The notes: a model not told the origin generated them from the sequence alone. DNA of 64,000 bases from Oscillospiraceae bacterium (GCA_021205095.1 JAJPYE010000007.1:62338-126337); one strand, 5' to 3'; positions 9,949-20,311 are shown, counted from the first letter of the stretch. Numbers and translations are program-made.

Positions 9949-11223
9949 TTAGCTCATGCGGATATACTGGTCTCTGTCCGCGCCCACGGAGACGTAGCCG
10001 ATTTTGCAGTTCACGGCCTCCTCCAGATAGCGGACGTATTTCTGTGCCGCCAGGGGCAGGTCGGAAAAGCTCCGGCAGCCGGTGATGTCCCCGGAGAAGC
10101 CCTCCATATATTCATAGACGGGGGTGCATTTTTCCAGAACAGGCTCCAGGGGGAAGGTGTCGATGCGCTGGCCGTCCAGCTCATAGGCGGTGCAGACGGG
10201 GATTTTTTCCAGGCCGGACAGGACGTCCAGCTTGGTCGCGGCAAGCTCCGTAGCACCCTGAAGCTGCACGCCGTAGCGGGAGGCGGGAACGTCGAAGCCG
10301 CCCACCCGGCGGGGGCGCCCGGTGGCAGCGCCGTATTCGCCGCCGGCCTCTCGCAGCTCGTGGGCCTGCTCGCCGAAGAACTCGCACACGAAGGGGCCGC
10401 CGCCAACGCAGGAGGAATAGGCCTTCATGATGCCCACCACGTTATCCAGCCGCTTGGCCGGGATGCCAGCACCCAGAGGCGCGTAGGCCGCCAGTGTGCA
10501 GGAGGAGGAGGTATAGGGGAAGATGCCGAAGTCCAGATCCCGCAGGGCGCCGAGCTGGGCCTCCAGGAGAATGGATTTGCCCGCCTCGTCCGCCTGGGTC
10601 AGGTAGTCCGTGGTGTTGCAGATGTTGTCCAGCAGCGGCTCGCCGTATTTCATCAGCCAGTCGTAAAGCTCGGTGGCGCTGAGGGGTTCGTGGCCATAGC
10701 CGCCGACCACGGTCAGGTTTTTCCACTCCACGATGTCGCCCAGCCGCTCCTTTAAAACCTCCGGGAACAGCAGGTCGCCCATGCGGATGGATTTGCGCAT
10801 ATATTTGTCGGAATACACCGGGCCGATGCCCCGGCGGGTGGAGCCTTGCTTCTTGTCGCCCATCCGATCCTCTTCCAGACCGTCCAGCAGCTTGTGATAG
10901 GGCAGGCATATGGTGGCCCGGTCGCTGATTTTCAGGTTGTCGGGGCCGACCTCCACCCCTTTGTCCCGCAGGGCTGCGGTCTCCCCGGCCAGATGCTCCA
11001 GGTCGATGACCATGCCGGGGCCCATGACGTTCACGGTCTCCGGGCGCAGGATGCCGGAGGGCAGAAGATTCAAAATGAACTTGCCCCGCTCGTTTACCAC
11101 GGTGTGACCGGCGTTGTTGCCGCCCTGGTAACGGGATACGATGTCATACTGGCTGCTGAGCAGGTCAACCATGCGGCCCTTGCCCTCGTCGCCCCAGTTG
11201 ATTCCCACGACTGCTGTAATCAT
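9949..11223 (-). CDS. purA: Adenylosuccinate synthase
   Basis: N-terminal GxQWGDEGKGK-like INWGDEGKGR P-loop, GGNNAGHT, and GTTxRGIGP-like STRRGIGP. Confidence 0.95.
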   Translation of the reverse strand: MITAVVGINWGDEGKGRMVDLLSSQYDIVSRYQGGNNAGHTVVNERGKFILNLLPSGILRPETVNVMGPGMVIDLEHLAGETAALRDKGVEVGPDNLKISDRATICLPYHKLLDGLEEDRMGDKKQGSTRRGIGPVYSDKYMRKSIRMGDLLFPEVLKERLGDIVEWKNLTVVGGYGHEPLSATELYDWLMKYGEPLLDNICNTTDYLTQADEAGKSILLEAQLGALRDLDFGIFPYTSSSCTLAAYAPLGAGIPAKRLDNVVGIMKAYSSCVGGGPFVCEFFGEQAHELREAGGEYGAATGRPRRVGGFDVPASRYGVQLQGATELAATKLDVLSGLEKIPVCTAYELDGQRIDTFPLEPVLEKCTPVYEYMEGFSGDITGCRSFSDLPLAAQKYVRYLEEAVNCKIGYVSVGADRDQYIRMS

Positions 11224-11265
11224 GTTGCGTGTCTCTCCTTTTAAAGTTTCCCAGTAGGAAAAAAT

Positions 11266-12699
11266 TTACACATTGGTGGTGGCCTGGATACCCAGGTCGT
11301 CGGCGTAGCGCCTCAGCACAGGCTCCGCGTATTGGTCAAGGAAGGTCTGGGTCTGCTCCGGGGCCAGGCCCACGAATTTCCGAACGTCCAGAACCTTTTC
11401 CAAATCCTCCTGTGTCAGGTGGAAGGCCGGGTCGGCCAGCAGCCGATCCAGAAGGTCGTTCTCGCCGCCCTCCAGCTTCACCTTGGCGGCGGCGGCCTGG
11501 GAGTGCTGGCGGATGGCCTCATGCAGCTCCTGCCGGTCGCCTCCCTGGGTGACGGCGTGCATGAGGATGTTTTCTGTGGCCATGAAGGGCATTTCCTCGT
11601 TCAGGTGCTTTTCCATCACCTTGGGATATATCCGCCCGCCCCGGATGACGTTGATGATCAGGGTCAAGGCCCCGTCCGTGGCGAGAAACGCCTCCGGCAG
11701 GGTTATCCGCCGGTTGGCGGAATCGTCCAGCGTCCGTTCCAGCCACTGGGCGGAGGCAGTGTCCGCCGTGTTCCGCACGGCGTTTATCACATACCGGGAC
11801 AGGGAGCAGACCCGCTCGCAGCGCATGGGATTGCGCTTATACGCCATGGCGGAGGAGCCGACCTGTTCGGCCTCGAAGGGTTCGTCAAATTCCTTCATAT
11901 GGGCCAGCAGCCGCAGATCGGTAGCCATTTTGCACATACTCTGGGCGATGTCCGCCAGCACGTTCAGCACATAGGCGTCCACCTTGCGGGAGTAGGTCTG
12001 GCCGGACACGGGCATACAGGCGGAAAAGCCCATTTTCGCGGCGATTTTTTCTTCCAGTGCTACCACCTTTTCCCCGTCGCCGCCGAACAGCTCCAAAAAG
12101 CTGGCCCCGGTGCCGGTGGTTCCCTTGCAGCCCAGCAGCCGCAGGTGGTCAAGCTCAAACTCCAGCCGCTCCAGATCCATCAGCAAATCCTGGAGCCACA
12201 GGCACGCCCGCTTTCCCACGGTGGTGGGCTGGGCGGCCTGATAATGGGTATAGGCCAGGGTGGGAACGTCCTTGTTCGTCCGGGCGAAGGTGGTCAGGGC
12301 GTCGATGGCGTTCACCAGCAGCTTCCGAATTTGGATAAGCCCCTCCCGAAGCTGGATAACGTCCGTGTTGTCCCCCACATAGCAGGAGGTGGCCCCCAGG
12401 TGAATGATGGGCTTTGCCTTGGGACAAAGGTCTCCGTAGGTGCGGATGTGGGCCATCACGTCATGGCGCAGACGGCTTTCATATTCCGCCGCCTTGTCAT
12501 AGTCGATGTCGTCTATGTGGGCCTTCATCTCCTCTATCTGCTCGTCGGTGATGGGCAGACCCAGCTCCTGCTCGCTCTCCGCCAGGGCGATCCAAAGCCG
12601 CCGCCAGGTGGAGAACTTGAAGTCGGGGGAGAAGATATGCTGCATGGTGCGGGAGGCGTACCGGGCGCACAGGGGATTTTCATAAATTTCCTTTTTCAT
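11266..12699 (-). CDS. purB: Adenylosuccinate lyase
   Basis: Fumarase/aspartase superfamily signature GSSAMAYKRNP; length 477 aa. Confidence 0.95.
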   Translation of the reverse strand: MKKEIYENPLCARYASRTMQHIFSPDFKFSTWRRLWIALAESEQELGLPITDEQIEEMKAHIDDIDYDKAAEYESRLRHDVMAHIRTYGDLCPKAKPIIHLGATSCYVGDNTDVIQLREGLIQIRKLLVNAIDALTTFARTNKDVPTLAYTHYQAAQPTTVGKRACLWLQDLLMDLERLEFELDHLRLLGCKGTTGTGASFLELFGGDGEKVVALEEKIAAKMGFSACMPVSGQTYSRKVDAYVLNVLADIAQSMCKMATDLRLLAHMKEFDEPFEAEQVGSSAMAYKRNPMRCERVCSLSRYVINAVRNTADTASAQWLERTLDDSANRRITLPEAFLATDGALTLIINVIRGGRIYPKVMEKHLNEEMPFMATENILMHAVTQGGDRQELHEAIRQHSQAAAAKVKLEGGENDLLDRLLADPAFHLTQEDLEKVLDVRKFVGLAPEQTQTFLDQYAEPVLRRYADDLGIQATTNV

Positions 12700-12709
12700 G
12701 GTATGTTAT

Positions 12710-14548
12710 TCACTCCACAGTGACAGATTTTGCCAGGTTCTTTGGTTTATCTATGTCGCAGCCTCGCTGCAGGGCAATGTAATAGGCGAAGAGCTGGAGG
12801 GGGACGACCCCCAGACTGGGCTGTAAAATCAAATGGGTGTCCGGGATAGTTAGAATGTTGGGGGCGATTTTCTCCATCTTCTCCCGCTGGCTCTCCGTGG
12901 TCAGGGCCACCACGTCCGCGCCTCTGGCCTTGACCTCTACGATGTTGGAAACGGCCTTTTCAAACAGCGGCGCGTAGGTGGCCAGGGCCACCACCAGGGT
13001 GCCCTTTTCGATGAGGGAGATGGTGCCGTGCTTCAGCTCCCCGGCGGCGTAGGACTCGGAATGGATGTAGGATATTTCCTTCAGCTTCAGGGAACCCTCC
13101 AGCCCCAGGGCGTAGTCCAGGTTCCGGCCAATAAAAAACACGCTGTCGTGGTTAAAATACCGGGAGGCCAGATACTGATAACGCTCCACGTCCTGCAAAA
13201 CGGATTCCATCTTGCCGGGCAGGGCTTTAAGCTCTGTAATGATGGCGGCGTATTCCGCGGGGTCTATCCGGCCCAGGATGTCTGCCATGTAAAGGCCCAG
13301 CATATCCAGCAGCACAAGCTGTGTGCTGTAGGCCTTGGTGGTGGCCACGGCGATTTCCGGCCCGGCCCAGGTGTAGAGCACGTCGTCCGATTCGCGGGCG
13401 ATGGAGCTTCCCACCACGTTTACGATGGACAGAATGTGCGCTCCCCGCTTTTTGGCCTCCCGCAGGGCAGCCATGGTATCCAGGGTCTCCCCGGACTGGC
13501 TGATGACGATGACCAGGGTGTCCGGCCCCACCAGGGGGTCGCTGTATCGAAATTCCGAGGCGAGACTTACCTCCACCGGGACGCGCATAAGCTTTTCCAG
13601 GTTGTATTTCCCCAGCATCCCCACATGATAGGAGGAGCCGCAGGCGATAATGAAAATGCGGGAGAGGCTTTTGATATACGCCGCGTCAATGGAAAGCTCC
13701 TCAAAAACCACCCGTCCGTCTTGGAGCCGGGGGGCGACGGTGTGCCGGACGGCCTCCGGCTGCTCCATAATCTCCTTGAGCATGAAGTGGGCGTAGCCGC
13801 CCTTTTCAGCGGCGGAAACGTCCCAATCCACAAAATGATGCTCCTTTTCGATGGGGCGGCGCAGCCGGTCGTAGACGTTGATGCCGTCCTTGGTCAGTAC
13901 GGCTACCTCTCCGTCCTCCATGTAGGCCACGTTCCGGGTGTGACGGATGATGGCCGTCACATCTGAGGCAATGAAGCTGCACCCCTCCCCATAGCCCAGG
14001 AGCAGAGGCGCGTCCTTCCGGGCGGCAATAAAGCAATCTGGCGCGTCCGCGCAAAGAATCCCCAGGGCGTAGGAGCCGTCAATTCGTTCCAGCACCTGAT
14101 ACACCGCGTCCATGATGTCCGCGCCGTCGGTAAAATAGTATTCCAGAAGCTGGGCCACTACCTCCGAATCCGTGTCGGAGCGGAAGCGAACCCCCTTGTG
14201 GAGCAGAAATTCCTTAATCTCCACATAGTTTTCGATAATGCCGTTATGAACCACCGCTACCTTGCCGTTTTCGCTGACGTGGGGATGGGAGTTTATGTCG
14301 TTTGGCTCTCCATGCGTGGCCCAACGGGTATGGCCAATGCCCACGCAACCTGTCATAGGGGGCTGCTCGGCCAGCTTTTGCCGGAGGACGGCCAGGCGGC
14401 CCTTGCATTTTTCGATCTGCAGGCGTCCCTCCGGGGACAGAACAGCGACGCCTGCGGAGTCATAGCCTCGGTATTCCAGTCGTTCCAGTCCATCCAGCAG
14501 GATAGGAGCGGCTGGCTCAGCGCCGACAAAGCCGACGATTCCGCACAT
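12710..14548 (-). CDS. glmS: Glutamine--fructose-6-phosphate aminotransferase
   Basis: MCGIVG Ntn-amidotransferase start, two SIS domains, C-terminal KSVTVE. Confidence 0.95.
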   Translation of the reverse strand: MCGIVGFVGAEPAAPILLDGLERLEYRGYDSAGVAVLSPEGRLQIEKCKGRLAVLRQKLAEQPPMTGCVGIGHTRWATHGEPNDINSHPHVSENGKVAVVHNGIIENYVEIKEFLLHKGVRFRSDTDSEVVAQLLEYYFTDGADIMDAVYQVLERIDGSYALGILCADAPDCFIAARKDAPLLLGYGEGCSFIASDVTAIIRHTRNVAYMEDGEVAVLTKDGINVYDRLRRPIEKEHHFVDWDVSAAEKGGYAHFMLKEIMEQPEAVRHTVAPRLQDGRVVFEELSIDAAYIKSLSRIFIIACGSSYHVGMLGKYNLEKLMRVPVEVSLASEFRYSDPLVGPDTLVIVISQSGETLDTMAALREAKKRGAHILSIVNVVGSSIARESDDVLYTWAGPEIAVATTKAYSTQLVLLDMLGLYMADILGRIDPAEYAAIITELKALPGKMESVLQDVERYQYLASRYFNHDSVFFIGRNLDYALGLEGSLKLKEISYIHSESYAAGELKHGTISLIEKGTLVVALATYAPLFEKAVSNIVEVKARGADVVALTTESQREKMEKIAPNILTIPDTHLILQPSLGVVPLQLFAYYIALQRGCDIDKPKNLAKSVTVE

Positions 14549-14553
14549 GGATA

Positions 14554-16170
14554 TTACTCCTTTCGGTTGGGGGAATTGTCCAGAGCAGCCGATACAAAGC
14601 CTACGAACAGGGGGTGGGCCCGGTTGGGGCGGCTCTTAAATTCCGGGTGATACTGCACGCCGACGAAGAAGGGATGATCGGCGATTTCAATAGTCTCCAC
14701 CAGTCGGTCGTCCGGGGACAGACCGCTGATGACAAGGCCCGCTTCCTCCAGACGCTGGCGGTAGTCGTTGTTAAATTCATATCTGTGCCGGTGGCGCTCG
14801 GATATTTCCAGCGTGCCATAGCATTTTTCCATCATGGTGCCGGGCTTGATATGGCAGGGATAGGCCCCCAGGCGGAGCGTGCCGCCTTTGTCAATCTCGT
14901 CGTTCTGACCGGGCATGAAGTCGATGACCCGGTAGGGAGCGTATTCGTCAAACTCACGGGAGTTGGCCCCCTCCATACCGGCCACATGGCGGGCAAATTC
15001 TATCACCGCGATCTGCATACCAAGGCACAGGCCCAGATAGGGGATTTTGTGTTCCCTGGCGTATTGGGCTGCCAGAATTTTCCCCTCGATGCCCCGGTTT
15101 CCGAAGCCACCGGGTACGAGGATGCCGTCCACATCCGAAAACAGGCTGTCTACCGTCTCCGGGGTGACAGTCTCGGAGTCTATCCAGTGGATGTCTACGC
15201 TGGTTCCCTTGGTATAGCCCGCGTGCTTCAGCGCCTCGGACACGGAGAGATAGGCGTCGTGAAGCTGGACGTATTTCCCCACCAGGGCGATAGACACGGT
15301 GTGGGACAGACTGTGGATGCTGTCCACCATGGCCTGCCACTCGCTCAAATCCGGGGCCTTTGTCCAGATGCCCAGCTCCCGGCAAACAATGCCGGAAAAA
15401 TCGCTGCGCTCCAGCATAAGGGGGGCCTCGTACAGCACGGGGATGGTGAGATTTTCAATGACGCACTCCGGCTTTACGTTGCAGAACATGGCGATCTTGC
15501 GGAAAATGCCGTCGTCCTGGATGGGTACGTCGCTGCGCAGGACGATGATGTCCGGGGCGATGCCCATGCCCTGAAGCTCCTTGACGGAGTGCTGGGTGGG
15601 CTTCGTCTTGTGCTCGTCGCTGCCATGGATGAAGGGAACAAGGGTGACATGAATGAACAGCGCGTTGTGCGGCCCTACCTCATGGCCCACCTGGCGGATG
15701 GCCTCCAAAAAAGGCTGGCTCTCGATGTCGCCGGTGGTGCCGCCGATTTCCGTGATGACCACGTCGGCGTTGGTCTTTTTGCCCACGTTATATATAAAGG
15801 CTTTTATCTCGTTGGTGATGTGAGGGATGATCTGCACGGTGCTACCCAGATACTCCCCCCGGCGCTCCTTATTCAGCACGTTCCAATATACCTTGCCGGT
15901 GGTAAGGTTTGAGTATTTGTTCAGATCCTCGTCGATGAACCGCTCGTAGTGGCCCAAATCCAGGTCGGTCTCCGCGCCGTCCTCGGTGACGTAGACCTCT
16001 CCGTGCTGATAGGGACTCATGGTGCCGGGATCTACGTTTATGTAGGGATCCAGCTTTTGGGCGGCGACCTTCAGTCCGCGGGACTTTAAAAGCCGTCCCA
16101 GGGATGCGGCGGTAATGCCCTTGCCAAGGCCGGAAACGACTCCGCCGGTCACGAAAATATACTTTGTCAT
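14554..16170 (-). CDS. pyrG: CTP synthase
   Basis: [19 protein letters not shown]-terminus and GLCLGMQ glutaminase motif. The track ORF adds 33 spurious N-terminal codons. Confidence 0.95.
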   Translation of the reverse strand: MTKYIFVTGGVVSGLGKGITAASLGRLLKSRGLKVAAQKLDPYINVDPGTMSPYQHGEVYVTEDGAETDLDLGHYERFIDEDLNKYSNLTTGKVYWNVLNKERRGEYLGSTVQIIPHITNEIKAFIYNVGKKTNADVVITEIGGTTGDIESQPFLEAIRQVGHEVGPHNALFIHVTLVPFIHGSDEHKTKPTQHSVKELQGMGIAPDIIVLRSDVPIQDDGIFRKIAMFCNVKPECVIENLTIPVLYEAPLMLERSDFSGIVCRELGIWTKAPDLSEWQAMVDSIHSLSHTVSIALVGKYVQLHDAYLSVSEALKHAGYTKGTSVDIHWIDSETVTPETVDSLFSDVDGILVPGGFGNRGIEGKILAAQYAREHKIPYLGLCLGMQIAVIEFARHVAGMEGANSREFDEYAPYRVIDFMPGQNDEIDKGGTLRLGAYPCHIKPGTMMEKCYGTLEISERHRHRYEFNNDYRQRLEEAGLVISGLSPDDRLVETIEIADHPFFVGVQYHPEFKSRPNRAHPLFVGFVSAALDNSPNRKE

Positions 16171-16344
16171 GCTTTGAACCTCAATCTTTCTCCGTTTGTC
16201 TGCCGGGGGAGGGATTCTCCATCGGTTTGGCACAAAAAAGTCCCTGGGCGATGGTTCGTCCATGCTCAAGGTCTGATTCCGTATGCTGTTGTGTTATAGG
16301 TATCATGTCTGCCAGAACAACCCAGCGCCAAACCCTGTGTACCT

Positions 16345-16373
16345 ATTATAATGGATTCTCCCTCCCATTTCAA
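16345..16373 (-). promoter_or_regulatory. Sigma-A promoter of pyrG (and probably the downstream gene block)
   Basis: On the minus strand: TTGAAA (16368-16373), 17 nt, TATAAT (16345-16350). The leader is about 168 nt. Confidence 0.55.
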
Positions 16374-16643
16374 GCCACCAGAGAGAAAAACGGCACATTC
16401 CCCAGTGTAAACCCCATCGGGCGAACACAATATGTAACTTTTGAAGAATGGTATAAGTTTTCCTAATGAAATCAGGAGCACCACATCCAGACGTGACGGA
16501 GCGTTGCGTGTTATTGACGGCAAAAATCCTGCCGTTCGTCAGATTTGGTTGCGGTCGACAGCGGGGAGGAGCTACACTTAACTCACAGGCTAGGAAGCTG
16601 TATTCACACGCATCTGAAAGGACATAGCATAGGAGGTATCACG

Positions 16644-17429
16644 GTGGCGTTTTTTGATAAGGTAGGAAGAGCGTTTTCTGCGACCAGTCAAAGCGCGATT
16701 CAAAAAACCAGGGAGCTTGCGGATATTGCAAGGCTCAGCGGTCAAATCACGGAAAACAACGAACGGATCAATCGGCTTTATGCGGAGATCGGAGAGATGT
16801 ACTGCAAGGCCCATCCTACGGATGCGGAGCCGGCCTATGCCCGCCATGTGGGGGCTGTATTGCAGATGCAGCGGCAAAATGAGGAGTGGAACGACCAGAT
16901 TCAGGTTCTGCGGGGGATGACGAAATGCCCGCAGTGCGGAGAGTATGTTGCGGGCAACGCGCCGTTTTGCACGGCCTGCGGCTGTCGGCTGCTGCCGGAG
17001 ACGGCGGTCGTCTGTCCTGGATGCGGCGCGGTGATCGACGGCGGGGCGCTTTTCTGTGAAAACTGCGGTACCCGTCTGCCGGAACGTCCGTCGGAGGGGC
17101 AACATACCCAGGAGGTGTGCCACCTGTGCGGGACGGTGCTGGAGGAGGGAACTCTGTTTTGCCCCAACTGCGGCGCTCGCAGGCAGACGCCGGAGGAGAA
17201 GTCCGATGAAGCCGCAGCGGATGGCGGAGCCGATATGCCGCGTGAGGAGCCGCCGTCCTATCAGGGAGCGGGAGATCCGGCGGACGTTGTTCCCACTGGG
17301 GAGAAAAGCGGGGATATGCCGCCGCAGGAGTCAGAGCGAACTGTTCCGGGACGGCGCTGCCCCCGCTGCGGAGCAGAACAGACGGAGGATGTAATTTTTT
17401 GTGCGAATTGCGGCGCGATGCTGTATTAA
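16644..17429 (+). CDS. Soluble protein with four tandem zinc-ribbon motifs
   Basis: GTG start 7 nt after AGGAGG. Four CxxC-(9-14)-CxxC pairs (CPQCG..CTACG, CPGCG..CENCG, CHLCG..CPNCG, CPRCG..CANCG) follow a helical N-terminal domain. Confidence 0.7.
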   Translation: MAFFDKVGRAFSATSQSAIQKTRELADIARLSGQITENNERINRLYAEIGEMYCKAHPTDAEPAYARHVGAVLQMQRQNEEWNDQIQVLRGMTKCPQCGEYVAGNAPFCTACGCRLLPETAVVCPGCGAVIDGGALFCENCGTRLPERPSEGQHTQEVCHLCGTVLEEGTLFCPNCGARRQTPEEKSDEAAADGGADMPREEPPSYQGAGDPADVVPTGEKSGDMPPQESERTVPGRRCPRCGAEQTEDVIFCANCGAMLY

Positions 17430-17456
17430 ACAGAAACAGAAAAGGAGTGCTTATTC

Positions 17457-18860
17457 ATGACGGAAGTGCGTAACAGCCTGAAGAAGCTGCTGGAGGGCAA
17501 TCGCTTTATCGTGTCGATTATGCCGGTGGCCTTTGTTTTTTTGCTGATTTACCCCGTTCTGGGACTGATCGATTCCTTTACCCTGTGGGGCATAGGGATA
17601 TTTGACGCCATCGAGTCCGTTTGGTATATTCTGTACCTGTTTGGACTGATTTTGTGCTTTGCGGAGTCTATCGACTGGGCGATCGGGAGTGCGTTTGTCC
17701 TGAATGGACTGAGCTATTTGGTTTATATCATTCGGTATGCCACACTTAACCGCGTTGTCTATCTTGTGTTCTATGGTTTGCTGGCGTTTTATTTCCTGCG
17801 CTGTGCATTTGCGCATAACCGATACGGAGAGCAGGAGACGCCGTTCCGCAGAGCGGGAAGGGACAATGAAGGCAATTCCCAACGCGCGTCCGGGAAGCCA
17901 AAAAACAGCTTCTGCGGCAGTTGCGGAACCGCCCTTTCTCCCGGCGCCAGATTCTGCCCTGTCTGTGGAAAGCTGCAGGCGGGTGCCGCGCCGACCGGGG
18001 GTTCCGCCCAGGCGTGGGGAAGCGCAGGCTATGACGATGCGGGGAATCGGTCGTCGCAGCCCGCCGGGCGTCAGCTTCGTCAGCCCATGTATGGCTCCTA
18101 TGCGGCCAGATCCGTAGCGTCCTTCTGCGGCGGCACGATGGCGTTGATTTTTACCATTGTGCTGACGGCGTACCTCTTTTTCAGCCTTATTCAGTCGTTC
18201 ACGTTTTTGAATATCATATCCTCGATCCCGGTTATCCTTATGTGCATAGGCTGCTGGATTGTGTATGTAAGCTGCGCCAGGCAGACGCCGAATACCAAGG
18301 GCTTTTCCCTGATAGGAGCGGGGATCCTGGTGATAGAGATTCTTACGGATATTCTGATTGCGCTGGGCGTTACACTCGGCATTGTGGTTATGGCGGTAGG
18401 GAAAAGCCAGCCTACCACCGCGATTGGACTTGTTGTTATTGCGGTCTGCGCCCTGGGGATTCTTTTGGTGACGCTGTATTGGAACGGTCTGCGCAAATCC
18501 GCCGTTACGGCCAGGACGATTCTGCGTGGGGGCGCGGCAGAATGGGAAACGTCTATGTACGCCATTGTTATCCTTTGTATTCGCGCTGTGTATATGCTGA
18601 TCGTTCTGATGGCGGCATCGCAGATTCGGGCGTCTGTCAGCTCTCTGCTCAGCTCCCTGCTTTATACCAGCTCGCTTTATGGAGGAGGCATGGGGTCAAG
18701 TGCGGCCAGCATGGTAGAAAGTGTGCTTTCCTCCCTGTTTCATATCGGCTGGGCGGCGCGACTGACCAATCTGCTGTCGGTGGTGATTGCGATTTTCGCC
18801 GTTGTAATACTCGTTTCCATCCGGCGGCGGGCAAGGTATATGAATCGAGTCATCCAGTGA
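17457..18860 (+). CDS. Polytopic membrane protein with a central zinc-ribbon
   Basis: About 4 N-terminal TM helices, then the cytoplasmic ribbon FCGSCG..FCPVCG, then about 6 more TM helices. It starts 27 nt after the preceding zinc-ribbon gene. Confidence 0.7.
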   Translation: MTEVRNSLKKLLEGNRFIVSIMPVAFVFLLIYPVLGLIDSFTLWGIGIFDAIESVWYILYLFGLILCFAESIDWAIGSAFVLNGLSYLVYIIRYATLNRVVYLVFYGLLAFYFLRCAFAHNRYGEQETPFRRAGRDNEGNSQRASGKPKNSFCGSCGTALSPGARFCPVCGKLQAGAAPTGGSAQAWGSAGYDDAGNRSSQPAGRQLRQPMYGSYAARSVASFCGGTMALIFTIVLTAYLFFSLIQSFTFLNIISSIPVILMCIGCWIVYVSCARQTPNTKGFSLIGAGILVIEILTDILIALGVTLGIVVMAVGKSQPTTAIGLVVIAVCALGILLVTLYWNGLRKSAVTARTILRGGAAEWETSMYAIVILCIRAVYMLIVLMAASQIRASVSSLLSSLLYTSSLYGGGMGSSAASMVESVLSSLFHIGWAARLTNLLSVVIAIFAVVILVSIRRRARYMNRVIQ

Positions 18861-18886
18861 AATACGCAGCACTGTCTGCAATGAAA

Positions 18887-18925
18887 CAGGCCCCGCGGCG
18901 AAAGCCGCAGGGCCTGTGATTTTTA
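18887..18925. terminator. Terminator between convergent genes
   Basis: A 13-bp stem (one mismatch) CAGGCCCCGCGGC-GAAA-GCCGCAGGGCCTG, followed by TGATTTTT. Confidence 0.7.
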
Positions 18926-18944
18926 CTGATTTTTATAATAAGGG

Positions 18945-19490
18945 TTACTCCTCGTCCTCCGCATCGGAAATCAGGCCGTAGCCGCCGTTTTTGCGCTTAT
19001 AGACCACGGCAAAAGCGTCGTCCTCCTGCTCGTTGCGGAAGGCGAAAAACTCGTGGCCCAGCAGATCCATTTGGAGAATGGCCTCCTCCGGGGACATGGG
19101 CTTCATGGAGAAACGTTTGGTGCGGATGATGGGGTATTCGGTCTCGTCCTGATCGTCTGCCGGAGCGACAACGGCGGCGGTGCGCTCAAAGGCGCCGTCC
19201 CGCAGACGCTTGGCCAGACGGGTCTTGTTTTTCCGCACCTGGCGCTCGATGGCGGCCACGGCGGAATCGATGGAGGCGAACATATCGCTGGTCGTCTCGC
19301 TGACACGGTAGTACATTCCGTTATTGCGCAGCGTGACCTCTGCCAGGTAGCGGCCCCGTTCTTCGCTGAAGGTGACGGACGCTTCGCTCTCTGAGCGGAA
19401 CAGACGGTCGATCTTGCCGATCTTCTTTTCCGCATAGGCTTTCAGCTCATCGGACACCTCGTATTTTTTGCTGGTAAAAGTAAAAGTCAT
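18945..19490 (-). CDS. hpf: Ribosome hibernation promoting factor (long HPF)
   Basis: RaiA/HPF N-domain (MTFTFTSKKYEVSDELKAYAEKK) plus the C-terminal dimerisation domain (FVYKRKNGGYGLI-like). Confidence 0.9.
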   Translation of the reverse strand: MTFTFTSKKYEVSDELKAYAEKKIGKIDRLFRSESEASVTFSEERGRYLAEVTLRNNGMYYRVSETTSDMFASIDSAVAAIERQVRKNKTRLAKRLRDGAFERTAAVVAPADDQDETEYPIIRTKRFSMKPMSPEEAILQMDLLGHEFFAFRNEQEDDAFAVVYKRKNGGYGLISDAEDEE

Positions 19491-19569
19491 GGCAGTACCT
19501 CCTCTGTGAAAAGTATATCACACATTTATGGTTTCGACAAGCCTATTTGCCTATTTTTTTCCAAAGATG

Positions 19570-20106
19570 TTATCGTTTCCGCAGAATAAAAAGCACAATC
19601 GCGGCGAGTATAACTCCCAGCGTGGCCCCGGACAGGTCTATCATCACGTCCCGGAAGGCCGCGCCCCGGCCCTCTGAAAAGAGTTGGATGGTCTCATCGA
19701 TGGAGGCTACGGCCAGGCACATGACCTCCGGCCACCAGAAGCGGGCCCTTCCGTTTGGTTTCGACAGAAGCAGACCCATCAGCACGCCCAGAATCATATA
19801 TTCCGTGAAGTGAGCGGTCTTTCTCACCAGATAGGAGGCGGACTGAGAAAGGATATGAACGTCCAGCCAGTTGATGCCTTTATAAAACAGGGCCTGAAGT
19901 CTCGGCTCCGTGATGCCCTCGGCAATCCGGGTCAGGGACGCCTGTATTTTGCCGCTTTGCAGAACGCTTAATATTGGCTCTAAAAGAGATTGAACCCAGC
20001 CGCTTTCCGCGCTGGAAATGTCGGATGGGAGCATGGAATTGCCCCAGATGAACAGGATCATCAGTCCCATCAACACGATAACGATTCGTCTAGCTGTCTT
20101 TCCCAT
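19570..20106 (-). CDS. VanZ family membrane protein
   Basis: RKTAHFTEYMILG and DETIQ..GR..DV.D motifs. Start set at MGKTARR; the upstream part of the track ORF overlaps the riboswitch region. Confidence 0.7.
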   Translation of the reverse strand: MGKTARRIVIVLMGLMILFIWGNSMLPSDISSAESGWVQSLLEPILSVLQSGKIQASLTRIAEGITEPRLQALFYKGINWLDVHILSQSASYLVRKTAHFTEYMILGVLMGLLLSKPNGRARFWWPEVMCLAVASIDETIQLFSEGRGAAFRDVMIDLSGATLGVILAAIVLFILRKR

Positions 20107-20149
20107 GTCCTTATTTTCCGCCAAAATGCTGATTTTGTCAATATCCCTA

Positions 20150-20177
20150 TTGACATTCCGGCACAGCGTGGTAAAAT
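20150..20177 (+). promoter_or_regulatory. Promoter of the S-box leader
   Basis: TTGACA (20150-20155), 16 nt, TAAAAT (20172-20177), with a TG at the extended -10 position. Confidence 0.55.
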
Positions 20178-20193
20178 GTTTACAATTCAATAG

Positions 20194-20293
20194 CCTTATC
20201 GAGAGTGGCGGAGGGACCGGCCCTGTGAAGCCCGGCAACCTGTGCATCCATGCGCAAGGTGCCAAATCCGGCGGTATAAATCGAAAGATAAGG
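20194..20293 (+). promoter_or_regulatory. SAM-I (S-box) riboswitch aptamer
   Basis: P1 is CCTTATC/GATAAGG. Core reads TTATCGAGAGTGGCGGAGGGACCGGCCCTGTGAAGCCCGGCAACC...GGTGCCAAATCCGGC...AGATAAGG, which matches the S-box consensus blocks. Confidence 0.9.
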
Positions 20294-20311
20294 AACACAT
20301 CCATGTTCTGT

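Noticed and set aside
11332-12723. Long plus-strand ORFs opposite purB, malic enzyme (6647-7804), pyrG (14614-15912), metK (20414-21511), era/ybeY (50860-52209), mrp/capA (45458-46480) and ylbJ (47320-48153)
   Set aside because: All lie antisense to genes with unambiguous conserved motifs and show the same Arg/Gly/Pro/His-rich composition. They are treated as high-GC artefacts.
16171-16344. A Bacillus-type pyrG reiterative-transcription attenuator in the 168-nt pyrG leader
   Set aside because: There is a T run (around 16225-16235 on the minus strand) and a CCCTCCCCC tract. However, no stable hairpin abuts the T run, and the GGG is 10-12 nt from the -10, so the mechanism is not supported.
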